Shown: positions 24,866 to 32,000 of the stretch, in pieces
How the letters are laid out: every line of letters begins with the position of its first letter
How positions within the stretch are numbered: position 1 is the first letter of the stretch
Source: Synechococcus elongatus PCC 6301
Lineage (GTDB): Bacteria; Cyanobacteriota; Cyanobacteriia; Synechococcales; Synechococcaceae
NCBI RefSeq assembly: GCF_000010065.1
Contig: NC_006576.1
Span: forward strand, 1,230,001-1,262,000
DNA: 32,000 bases
Reading direction: 5' to 3'
Notes under the pieces: generated by a model
The model's input: the letters and a program-made list of their open reading frames with translations, nothing else
Databases searched by the model: none
What the model was told of the DNA's origin: nothing
Made by a program: the position numbers and the translations under genes

Positions 24866-25765
24866 TTAGCGTGACAGTGGTTGATAAACCTCGTAGTTTA
24901 GCCAGTTAGTGTAAAGCAGTTGAGCATGGCTACGCCAACGCACTGTCGGCACTTGATTCGGGTCATCATTAGGGTAGTAGTTGAGAGGTAACTGAATCGG
25001 CAACCCTTTCTCGCGATCGCGTCGATATTCGCGATCGAGGGTGTCTGCATCGTATTCCGGATGGTTGAACAGATAGGTGCGATGTTGGTCTGCATCCCAG
25101 AGGAGATGGAGTCCAGCCTCTGAGCTTTCTGCCAGAATTTGCAACTGTGATTGAGCCAATACCTCAGCCGCAATTACCTCCGTATGGCGACTGACCGGCA
25201 CCAGAAAATCATCATCGTGGCCGCGTACCAAGGGAGAACTGCGATCGCGGAGATGATGCCAAAAAACGCCAAAGCGCTTGGCTGGCAAGGTTTGCTTTTC
25301 AATGCCATGAAAATGCTGAAGCGCGGCTTGGGCTCCCCAGCAGATGAACAAACTGGAGCGCACCGCCTCACGACTCCAATCCAGAATAGTCGTCAGTTCC
25401 GACCAGTAGTCCACCGCCAGCCAAGGCAGGGTTTCCACCGGCGCGCCCGTCACAATCAAGCCATCAAACTGGCGATCGCGAATTTGATCAAAGGTGCTGT
25501 AGAAGTTACGAAGATGCTCGGGGTCGGTGTGGGTTGGTTGATAGCTAGCCGTGTGAATTAAAGTGAGTTCTACTTGTAGCGGCGTATTGGCGAGTACCCG
25601 AGCGATCTGCGTTTCGGTTGTCACCTTGGTCGGCATTAGGTTCAAAACAACCACTTGCAAAGCGCGGATATCCTGCCGCCGCGCATCCGCATCCCCCAGC
25701 GTGAATACGGACTCAGCATCCAGAATGCGACGAGCAGGCAGATCTTGCGGAATGATGATCGGCAT
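24866..25765 (-). CDS. metA: Homoserine O-acyltransferase, MetA family (predicted O-acetyltransferase)
   Basis: 299 aa, collinear with E. coli MetA from residue 1 (MPIIIPQDLPA.., LNLMPTK, FDGLIVTGAPVE, catalytic Cys in FICWGAQAAL). Confidence 0.9.
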   Translation of the reverse strand: MPIIIPQDLPARRILDAESVFTLGDADARRQDIRALQVVVLNLMPTKVTTETQIARVLANTPLQVELTLIHTASYQPTHTDPEHLRNFYSTFDQIRDRQFDGLIVTGAPVETLPWLAVDYWSELTTILDWSREAVRSSLFICWGAQAALQHFHGIEKQTLPAKRFGVFWHHLRDRSSPLVRGHDDDFLVPVSRHTEVIAAEVLAQSQLQILAESSEAGLHLLWDADQHRTYLFNHPEYDADTLDREYRRDREKGLPIQLPLNYYPNDDPNQVPTVRWRSHAQLLYTNWLNYEVYQPLSR

Positions 25766-25813
25766 GGCAAAACGCTGGGAGGGTCGGCGATCGCAAGCCC
25801 AGTACGAAACAAC

Positions 25814-27118
25814 CTAGGCGACTTGCGAAGCCTGCAGGGCTTGGTCAAGGTCAGCCAAGATGTCGTCTAAATGCTCCAAGCCAACCGAAAGCCGCACAAA
25901 GTCAGGGCTGACGCCAGCTGCGGCTTGTTCTTCGGGCGAGAGCTGTTGGTGGGTGGTCGAAGCGGGATGAATGACCAGTGTTTTGGCATCCAAAACATTA
26001 GCGAGGTTTGAGGCGAGTTTGACGGCTGAAATAAAGCGCTTACCAGCCTCCAGTCCGCCTTGGACGCCAAAGCCCAAGATTGCGCCTGCACCATTTGGGA
26101 GATAGCGTTGCGCGCGATCGTAGTCAGGATGGCTCGGTAGCCCTGGATAATTCACCCAAGTTACGAGGGGATGCCGCTCTAGCCATTCCGCCACCGCTTG
26201 GGCATTGCGAACGTGGCGCTCAGCTCGGAGGGGCAAGGTTTCGACGCCTAGTAAGACCTGCTGCGCGTTAAAAGGTGACAAGGTTGCACCGATATCACGC
26301 AGTAAACCTGTCCGAATTTTGAGGACGTAGGCCAACCCAGGGGCCACCGCTTCGGGATGATTACCAAAAGCGTCCCAGAAGTTGACGCCGTGATAGCTCG
26401 GATCCGGCCCTGCAATTTCGGGGAATTTGCCGTTATTCCAAGGAAAATCACCTTTCTCGATCACAATGCCGCCGAGGGAGGTGCCATGGCCGCCCGCCAG
26501 TTTGGTCAGGGATAAGACAACGACATCGGCACCATGTTCCAAGGGATTGAACAGGGGCGGTGGCGAGACAGTGTTATCGACGATGAAGGGAATTCCAGAG
26601 TCATGGGCGATCGCAGCGATCGCTTCAAAATCATCGACATTGCCCTTGGGGTTGCCGATCGATTCGGTGTAGACCAGCCGAGTATTTTCATCAATTGCTG
26701 CGGCAACACTACTGGCATCACTGCTATCGACAAAGCGCACTTCAATGCCAAAGCGCTTGAGGGTATGGCGGAAGAGGTTGATCGTGCCGCCGTAGAGATT
26801 AGTGGTGCTGATGATGTTCTGACCGGCGGAGGTAATCGCCGCGATCGCATAAAAAATGGCGGCCTGCCCCGAACTGGTGGCGACTGCGCCGGTGCCCCCA
26901 TGCAGAGCGGCTAACCGCTGCTCCAACACATCGGTCGTGGGGTTCATCAAGCGGGTGTAGATATTGCCAAAGGCTTTGAGCGCAAACAGATTGGCGGCGT
27001 GTTCGGCGTCCTCAAAGACGTAGCTAGTGGTCTGGTAAATCGGTACCGCCCGCGAGCCCGTTGTGGGGTCAGGCTTTTGACCCGCGTGCAGCGCTAGTGT
27101 TTCCAGATGTTGAGACAT
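25814..27118 (-). CDS. metY: O-acetylhomoserine (thiol)-lyase / sulfhydrylase, PLP-dependent
   Basis: 434 aa. Reads as the Cys/Met-metabolism PLP family (..ETLALHAGQ..TGSRAVPIYQTTSY.F.. and the PLP-lysine region DVVVLSLTKLAGGHG). GAGGA lies 7 nt upstream of the ATG. Confidence 0.92.
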   Translation of the reverse strand: MSQHLETLALHAGQKPDPTTGSRAVPIYQTTSYVFEDAEHAANLFALKAFGNIYTRLMNPTTDVLEQRLAALHGGTGAVATSSGQAAIFYAIAAITSAGQNIISTTNLYGGTINLFRHTLKRFGIEVRFVDSSDASSVAAAIDENTRLVYTESIGNPKGNVDDFEAIAAIAHDSGIPFIVDNTVSPPPLFNPLEHGADVVVLSLTKLAGGHGTSLGGIVIEKGDFPWNNGKFPEIAGPDPSYHGVNFWDAFGNHPEAVAPGLAYVLKIRTGLLRDIGATLSPFNAQQVLLGVETLPLRAERHVRNAQAVAEWLERHPLVTWVNYPGLPSHPDYDRAQRYLPNGAGAILGFGVQGGLEAGKRFISAVKLASNLANVLDAKTLVIHPASTTHQQLSPEEQAAAGVSPDFVRLSVGLEHLDDILADLDQALQASQVA

Positions 27119-27279
27119 GCAATTTCCTCGACTCTAAACTCGCAGAGACAGCCAGCCCGATCGCCCTGCAACCCTCAATCGTTCGGTCTTGGTTGGCTAG
27201 CATCGCAGGATGTTCGGCACTTTCAAGGTTCCCGCGATCACAAGTCGGGCGACGATGCTCAACTTCTGGGGGGTGAGCA

Positions 27280-28734
27280 CTACCGCTGGCTAAAGATCGC
27301 CTGCGCCGCCCGTTCCCCCGAACGAATCGCGCCATCGATAAACGTTGGCCACTGACTCGCAGTTTCCGTTCCCGCCCAGTGCAAGGGGCCGATCGGATCG
27401 CGGACTGCAGATTTGAACAGGTAGGTTGCCCCCGGTGCGAGATAACCGGCATAACAACCCTTTGTCCAAGGCTGCATCGCCCAATTCATCTCCTGATAGA
27501 AGACGGGTTTGAGGATCCGATCGCCAAAGCGACCTTGTAGGGAAGCCAGCAGTTGTTGACGGCGATCGCTAGCCGACAATCTCAGAACCTGCCGCGCGGT
27601 TTCGGCGTAGACAAAGCCGGTGAGAATGCCCTGTTTGGAATATTCGGGCGGGGTACTGCTGTCGGCAGTTTCACCAACTAAGGAACCGTAGTCAATCGAA
27701 GCTCCACTGAGGCCATCCTTGCGCCAGAACGGTTCCTCAAACACCATGCCGACTTTGATCACACAGCCTTGGGGCCAGCGCTGGGTAATTTGGGCGCGAT
27801 CGGTGGGCAGGCTTGGCTCGTATTCAATGCTGCCAGCCAGCGTGGGCGGCACCGCAATCACAACGGATTGAGCCGCGATCGCCTGCTGATCAGTAAACAC
27901 AGTGACGCCGCGATCGCTCCAGCGAATTTTGCGAACGGGCTGATTGAACTGAATCCGTGAACCTAGCCGTTCTGCCAATCGCTTCGCGACAACTTGCGCA
28001 CCACCAATAATTCGATCTTGCTGAGCGGCACCTTCAAAGCCATCCAACATCGCCAAGCCACCGCAGGCGCGAATGATGAACAGCAGTTGCAACATCGAAA
28101 TTTCTTGGGGACTGGCGCAGGCGTAAGACACACTGGCGATCAGGAAACGGCGGGCATTCGCGTCCGGCACATTTTGATCCAACCACTGACCAAAGGTGAG
28201 GCCGTCCCAGATTGCCGCTTGCGGATGCTGCCACGGTGCCTTCGGGTCGATCTGATCGACCATCGCGGACAGCTTTTCATCAGCTTCATCGATCAAATCA
28301 CTGCCGGGTACGGACTCCCAGTTGCTGCCGTCTGCTTTGACACGGTAGTAACCACTGCTGGTCACGCCTCGGTAGAGGGTGTCGCCAAAGTTAGGAGTCG
28401 GATAGGTTTGGCAGCCCATCTCTTGAATTAGGGCGGCAAATCGGTCTTGAGTTGCTCCCAACCACTGACCGCCTAAATCGAGCCAGCCGCCACCTTTGAG
28501 GTCGATCGACCAAACCCTTCCCCCGACGCGATCGCGGGCTTCGAGGACCACGACTTTCAGGCCAGCTTTATGCAGTTGCCAAGCAGCGGCGAGTCCGGCA
28601 TAACCGGCACCGACAACAACCACATCTGCACGGGTTGACTTGGACTGGGCTTGGGCGCGGGGCGATCGCGTCAACACACTCGCGCTGGCTACCGCAGCCG
28701 CTCCCCCCAGCAAGGCACGACGAGAAACCTTCAT
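27280..28734 (-). CDS. Tat-exported flavin-containing amine oxidase (possibly the L-amino-acid oxidase AoxA described for S. elongatus)
   Basis: 484 aa. Twin-arginine signal MKVSRRALLGGAAAVASASVLTRSPRAQA. FAD fold DVVVVGAGYAGLAAAWQL..LEARDRVGGR. Identification as AoxA is from memory only. Confidence 0.85.
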   Translation of the reverse strand: MKVSRRALLGGAAAVASASVLTRSPRAQAQSKSTRADVVVVGAGYAGLAAAWQLHKAGLKVVVLEARDRVGGRVWSIDLKGGGWLDLGGQWLGATQDRFAALIQEMGCQTYPTPNFGDTLYRGVTSSGYYRVKADGSNWESVPGSDLIDEADEKLSAMVDQIDPKAPWQHPQAAIWDGLTFGQWLDQNVPDANARRFLIASVSYACASPQEISMLQLLFIIRACGGLAMLDGFEGAAQQDRIIGGAQVVAKRLAERLGSRIQFNQPVRKIRWSDRGVTVFTDQQAIAAQSVVIAVPPTLAGSIEYEPSLPTDRAQITQRWPQGCVIKVGMVFEEPFWRKDGLSGASIDYGSLVGETADSSTPPEYSKQGILTGFVYAETARQVLRLSASDRRQQLLASLQGRFGDRILKPVFYQEMNWAMQPWTKGCYAGYLAPGATYLFKSAVRDPIGPLHWAGTETASQWPTFIDGAIRSGERAAQAIFSQR

Positions 28735-28817
28735 GAACTCCGAGCCCCCACGAGAAAGTTAGGATCCATTGACCCTGCTGGGCAATTTAGCCAGTCCTTT
28801 GTCCAAGCCCGAGGCTC

Positions 28818-30054
28818 TTAACGATCGCTTTGGTTCTCAATTGCGGTTGTAACGGTTTCCACACAGACGCCTGCGGTACCATCGGCCCACTGAAGCGAGA
28901 GGCGATCGCCCACTTGCAGATCCTGCACCTGCTGAATCAGGGTGCGATCGCGCCGCACCAAGGCGTAGCCCTCGCTGCAACACAGATTCTGGATTGAGGA
29001 TGGCGAGCAATTCCTGCAGGTGATCGAGGTGCTGGCGCTCCTGGGCGAGTTGCAAGCGACTGGCCTGTTGTAAACGCTGACGCAGAGATTGCTGCTGGTG
29101 TTGGGCTTGTTGCAAACGACGCTGGAGCAGCGGCCAGCCCAAACGGGTTTGGCAATGCTGCAGTTGGCGGCGATAGTCCTGCCACTGTTGCCGCTGGGCG
29201 TGAATCAAACGCTGGCGGAGTTGTTGCCAGGCTTGGCGCAGTTCTGTCCAAGCAGGAACCGATCGAATCGCCGCCGCTGTCGGCGTATGGGCAGCCCAAT
29301 CAGCAACGCGATCAGCCAGGGTTTCATCCTGCTCATGGCCCAACCCCGTCACAACTGGAATCGGACAGGTGGCGATCGCTCGCACGACTTGCTCATCGTC
29401 AAAGCACTCCAGATCCTCCCGTGCCCCACCGCCCCGCGCCAGAATCAACAGCTCAGCCCGACCATCAGCCACAACCCGCGCGATCGCTGTCGCAATGGCC
29501 GCCGGCGCTTGATCCCCTTGCACTAGCGTTGGCGAGAGTAAGACCTTAAGTCCTGGCGATCGCTGCCGCAAGCTGCGTTGAATGTCGCCCCAAGCAGCCG
29601 CCTGCGGAGAAGTGACCACGGCGATCGTTTGGGGGTAGAGCGGCAAAGGACGTTTGCGATCGCGGTCAAACAGACCTTCCGCCTGCAAGCGCTGCTCCAG
29701 TTTTTGGCGCTGCAAGGCCTTGAGCCCGTCACCAAATGGCAGACACTGCACCACTTGAAGCTGATAACCACTGCGTTTGCGATAGAGCCGAACTGTCCCG
29801 AGCAGCAAAACCTGTTGTCCGATTTCCGGGCGATGTTGCAGCTGAGCCAGACCGTTCTTCCAAACCACACAGTCCAGCAGATCAGTGGTCTGACTATCTT
29901 TCAGAGAGAAAAACAGGCCAACGGCGTGGGGCTTGCAACTGGAAACCTCACCAAAAATCCAGAGTTGCCGTAGGCGCACATCTTCCCCAATCAAGCTTTC
30001 GAGGTAATCGCTGACGCCAGCGACACTAATGGCAGACAGGCCGCGATCGCCCAT
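28818..30054 (-). CDS. xseA: Exodeoxyribonuclease VII large subunit with an apparent 1-nt frameshift near its 3' end (28969-28971)
   Basis: ORF 28837..30171, with a likely ATG at 30054 (MGDRGLSAISVAGVSDYLESLI..). After ..LNPESVLQRG the listed frame becomes Arg/Ser/Gly-rich nonsense. The +1 frame reads YALVRRDRTLIQQVQDLQVGDRLSLQWADGTAGVCVETVTTAIENQSDR*, a canonical XseA C-terminus, and ends at 28818. Confidence 0.85.
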
Positions 30055-30191
30055 GGTTACCCAACCCTTCTCTTCGCAAACAGCACCGCCCTGCCAGTCT
30101 GACTCAACGCACGAAATCAGACACGGCAGGCACCAAAAATTGCAGGACGAGAACGATACAATCGCCTCCATCCTGTTCGGCCTCTTCCACC

Positions 30192-31115
30192 ATGCAATCC
30201 AGTTTTCTCTCAGCGGTGCTACTGCCGCTGGCGCTTGTGATCATCATGTTTGGCATGGGCCTGACGCTGACGGTGCAGGACTTTCGCCGGGTTTGGATTG
30301 CGCCCAAGGCCGTGGCGATCGGCTTGATCGCGCAGCTCGTGATGCTGCCCCTGCCGGGATCTGCGATCGCCTCGCTGACGCCCCTCTCTCCCGAGCTCGC
30401 CGTCGGGGTAATTATTTTGGCGGCTTGCCCTGGTGGCCCAACCTCTAATCTCTTTACTTTTTTGGCGGCGGGGGATGTTGCCCTTTCGATTACACTGACC
30501 GCCATCAGTAGCCTCATCACCGTTTTCTCGATTCCCTGGGTCGTCAACCTCGGGCTCCAAGCCTTTTTAGATCAGACATCGACCTTTCAGCTACCGTTTG
30601 GCCCCACGGTGGTTCAGATTGCCGTTGTTGCGATCATTCCAGTTGTTTTGGGCATGCTCGTCCGGCACTATGCCCCCCAGCTAGCCCAGCGCACCGATCG
30701 CAGCCTGCGTTGGATTTCGACCGCTTTTCTGGCTGCGGTCATTGTTGGTTTCTTTGCCCAAGAACGGCAGAATATCCTCGCCTTCTTCCAGTCCGTGGGG
30801 GGCGTTGTACTTCTTCTCAATCTGTTGGCCATGGCACTGGGAGTTGGTCTAGCTAGCCTGACTCGCTTGGGCTACGCCCGTGCTACCACGATCGGCCTTG
30901 AAGTCGGTATCCAAAACGGAACCTTAGCGATCGCGATTGCGGCCTCTCCCACGCTCTTAAACAATCCAGCAATGGCCATTCCAGCAGCCATCTACAGCTT
31001 AGTGATGTTTATGACAGGAGGTATTTTTGTCTGGCTGCGCCAACGCTATCAACCTACACGGGCTGTTCAAACAGCAGCAGAAGTGCCCGCAGCAGTAGGC
31101 TCACATCTCGAATAA
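30192..31115 (+). CDS. Bile acid:Na+ symporter (BASS) family transporter
   Basis: 307-aa polytopic protein. Motifs typical of BASS/SBF (..IIMFGMGLTL..F.., ILAACPGGPTSNLFTFLAAGDVALSI, GLEVGIQNGTLAIAIA). Confidence 0.85.
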   Translation: MQSSFLSAVLLPLALVIIMFGMGLTLTVQDFRRVWIAPKAVAIGLIAQLVMLPLPGSAIASLTPLSPELAVGVIILAACPGGPTSNLFTFLAAGDVALSITLTAISSLITVFSIPWVVNLGLQAFLDQTSTFQLPFGPTVVQIAVVAIIPVVLGMLVRHYAPQLAQRTDRSLRWISTAFLAAVIVGFFAQERQNILAFFQSVGGVVLLLNLLAMALGVGLASLTRLGYARATTIGLEVGIQNGTLAIAIAASPTLLNNPAMAIPAAIYSLVMFMTGGIFVWLRQRYQPTRAVQTAAEVPAAVGSHLE

Positions 31116-31149
31116 CAGCAGCCAGCATTGTTGAGAGAGTGGCGAAACT

Positions 31150-32000
31150 CTAGGCCTGCAAGTAGTGCTGCCGCAGTTGTTGATCCTGCAATTGCTCACT
31201 CTGGCGGTGCAGTAGCCAACGGTAGAGCGCGATCGCAACAGTGGGATAGCTGGCCTCAAGTTCAGTCAAAGCCGCACGGTTTAGCCCGTAGACCATACAT
31301 CGACCCACGGCGATCGCTGTTTGAGGCTGGGTATCTCCGCGTAAAAACGCGAGTTCACCGCAGGGGCTGCCTGCCAGCACTTGACGGGCATCCCATGCCT
31401 CAGTGGCTTGCAGATGCAATTCACCGCGTTCTAGCCAGTAAATAGTATCCGCGCGATCGCCCTGTTGATAGAGCACTTCACCGTCTTTCAGTTGCGATCG
31501 CTGCCAGAACTGCAGTGGGACATCACAGTCATCGGGAAGTGCTAATAATTCTGGTAAGAGCAAAGCAAACGGTAAACTTTTGGGCCGTCTTGCATACTGA
31601 TCCAGCAGTTTGGCTTCCGCAGCTTGTAAGGCTGTATTCAAATCAGGAAATTGCTGATGCTCGGGTAGTAGCTGCAAAAATGGTCGCAGGGGTTTCTGAT
31701 AGTCGCTGGCGATCGCCGCCACCCAAAGTTGAATCGATTGCGCTTGCAATTCCACGGCAAAGCGGCTGAAGACTTCAGCCGTTGAGGAATCCGCTCCTGT
31801 CACGGCTTGATAGTCCAACAGCACTAAGTTGATTGAAACCTTACTTTGCTGCAGGCGATCGCGAACTGTTGACACAATCCGGCGAGCCGTTCCAAAGAAT
31901 AGGTAGCCTTGGAGCGACACCACTTGGAGCACAGCACCGCGCCGCCGCAGAATTGATTGTTGCGTTTCTACCCGCTCAATATTGCTGTGGAGATAGGCAC
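31150..32000 (-). CDS. SulP-family anion transporter, C-terminal part (STAS domain plus cyclic-nucleotide-binding domain); 5' end lies beyond the right edge
   Basis: The frame is open to base 32000. STAS-like segment VVSLQGYLFFGTARRIV..LVLLDYQAVTGADSS. cNMP-binding-like segment LKDGEVLYQQGDRADTIYWLERGELHL..GELAFLRG. Confidence 0.8.
   Translation of the reverse strand, partial: AYLHSNIERVETQQSILRRRGAVLQVVSLQGYLFFGTARRIVSTVRDRLQQSKVSINLVLLDYQAVTGADSSTAEVFSRFAVELQAQSIQLWVAAIASDYQKPLRPFLQLLPEHQQFPDLNTALQAAEAKLLDQYARRPKSLPFALLLPELLALPDDCDVPLQFWQRSQLKDGEVLYQQGDRADTIYWLERGELHLQATEAWDARQVLAGSPCGELAFLRGDTQPQTAIAVGRCMVYGLNRAALTELEASYPTVAIALYRWLLHRQSEQLQDQQLRQHYLQA

Noticed and set aside
27119-27279. 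SAM or other riboswitch in the metY leader
   Set aside because: I read the 160-nt minus-strand leader and found only a modest hairpin (TGCTCA-N12-TGAGCA) and a GAGGA SD. None of the conserved SAM-I, SAM-II or SAM-V sequence blocks I know are present. A covariance-model search would settle it.
1-32000. CRISPR array, tRNA, rRNA, tmRNA, RNase P or SRP RNA genes
   Set aside because: The only abundant repeat is the 8-bp HIP1 palindrome, dispersed irregularly and not in repeat-spacer units. I saw no T-arm-like GGTTCGAATCC-type motifs, no tmRNA tag frame, and no RNase P or SRP conserved blocks. This scan was by eye, so it is not exhaustive.

Overview
This is a cyanobacterial chromosome segment saturated with the HIP1 octamer GCGATCGC. 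Hand counts of sample stretches give roughly 55% GC. Gene content and order (purH, cdsA, mltA, chrA, tsaE, chlP, an M16 peptidase pair, metY-metA, xseA, BASS and SulP transporters) match what I recall for the Synechococcus elongatus PCC 7942/6301 lineage, but I cannot verify that here. I support about 33 protein-coding genes, two clear intrinsic terminators and one candidate small RNA. I found no rRNA, tRNA, CRISPR array, transposase or integrase. Most of the window is ordinary housekeeping DNA. Six things deserve a second look. (1) An AT-rich, HIP1-poor islet at about 22.3-24.85 kb encodes an exported Asn/Asp/Ser/Gly-rich peptide with SDFG repeats, a JmjC/cupin-4 dioxygenase and an AadA-like nucleotidyltransferase; it may be a peptide-modification module. 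(2) The dioxygenase gene is split by a 1-nt frameshift between its HxD motif and its distal His. (3) xseA carries a second 1-nt frameshift in the same GGC-to-GGGC context. (4) A structured, terminator-capped noncoding transcript is likely on the minus strand at about 21.96-22.25 kb. (5) Five consecutive small or polytopic membrane proteins (two tandem paralogs, TM2, DUF2752-like, a 68-aa protein) sit at 13.6-16.1 kb, and part of that block is compositionally foreign. (6) MetA has Glu at the acyl-specificity position, which predicts an acetyltransferase. All family assignments come from motifs read by eye, and none were confirmed by database search.
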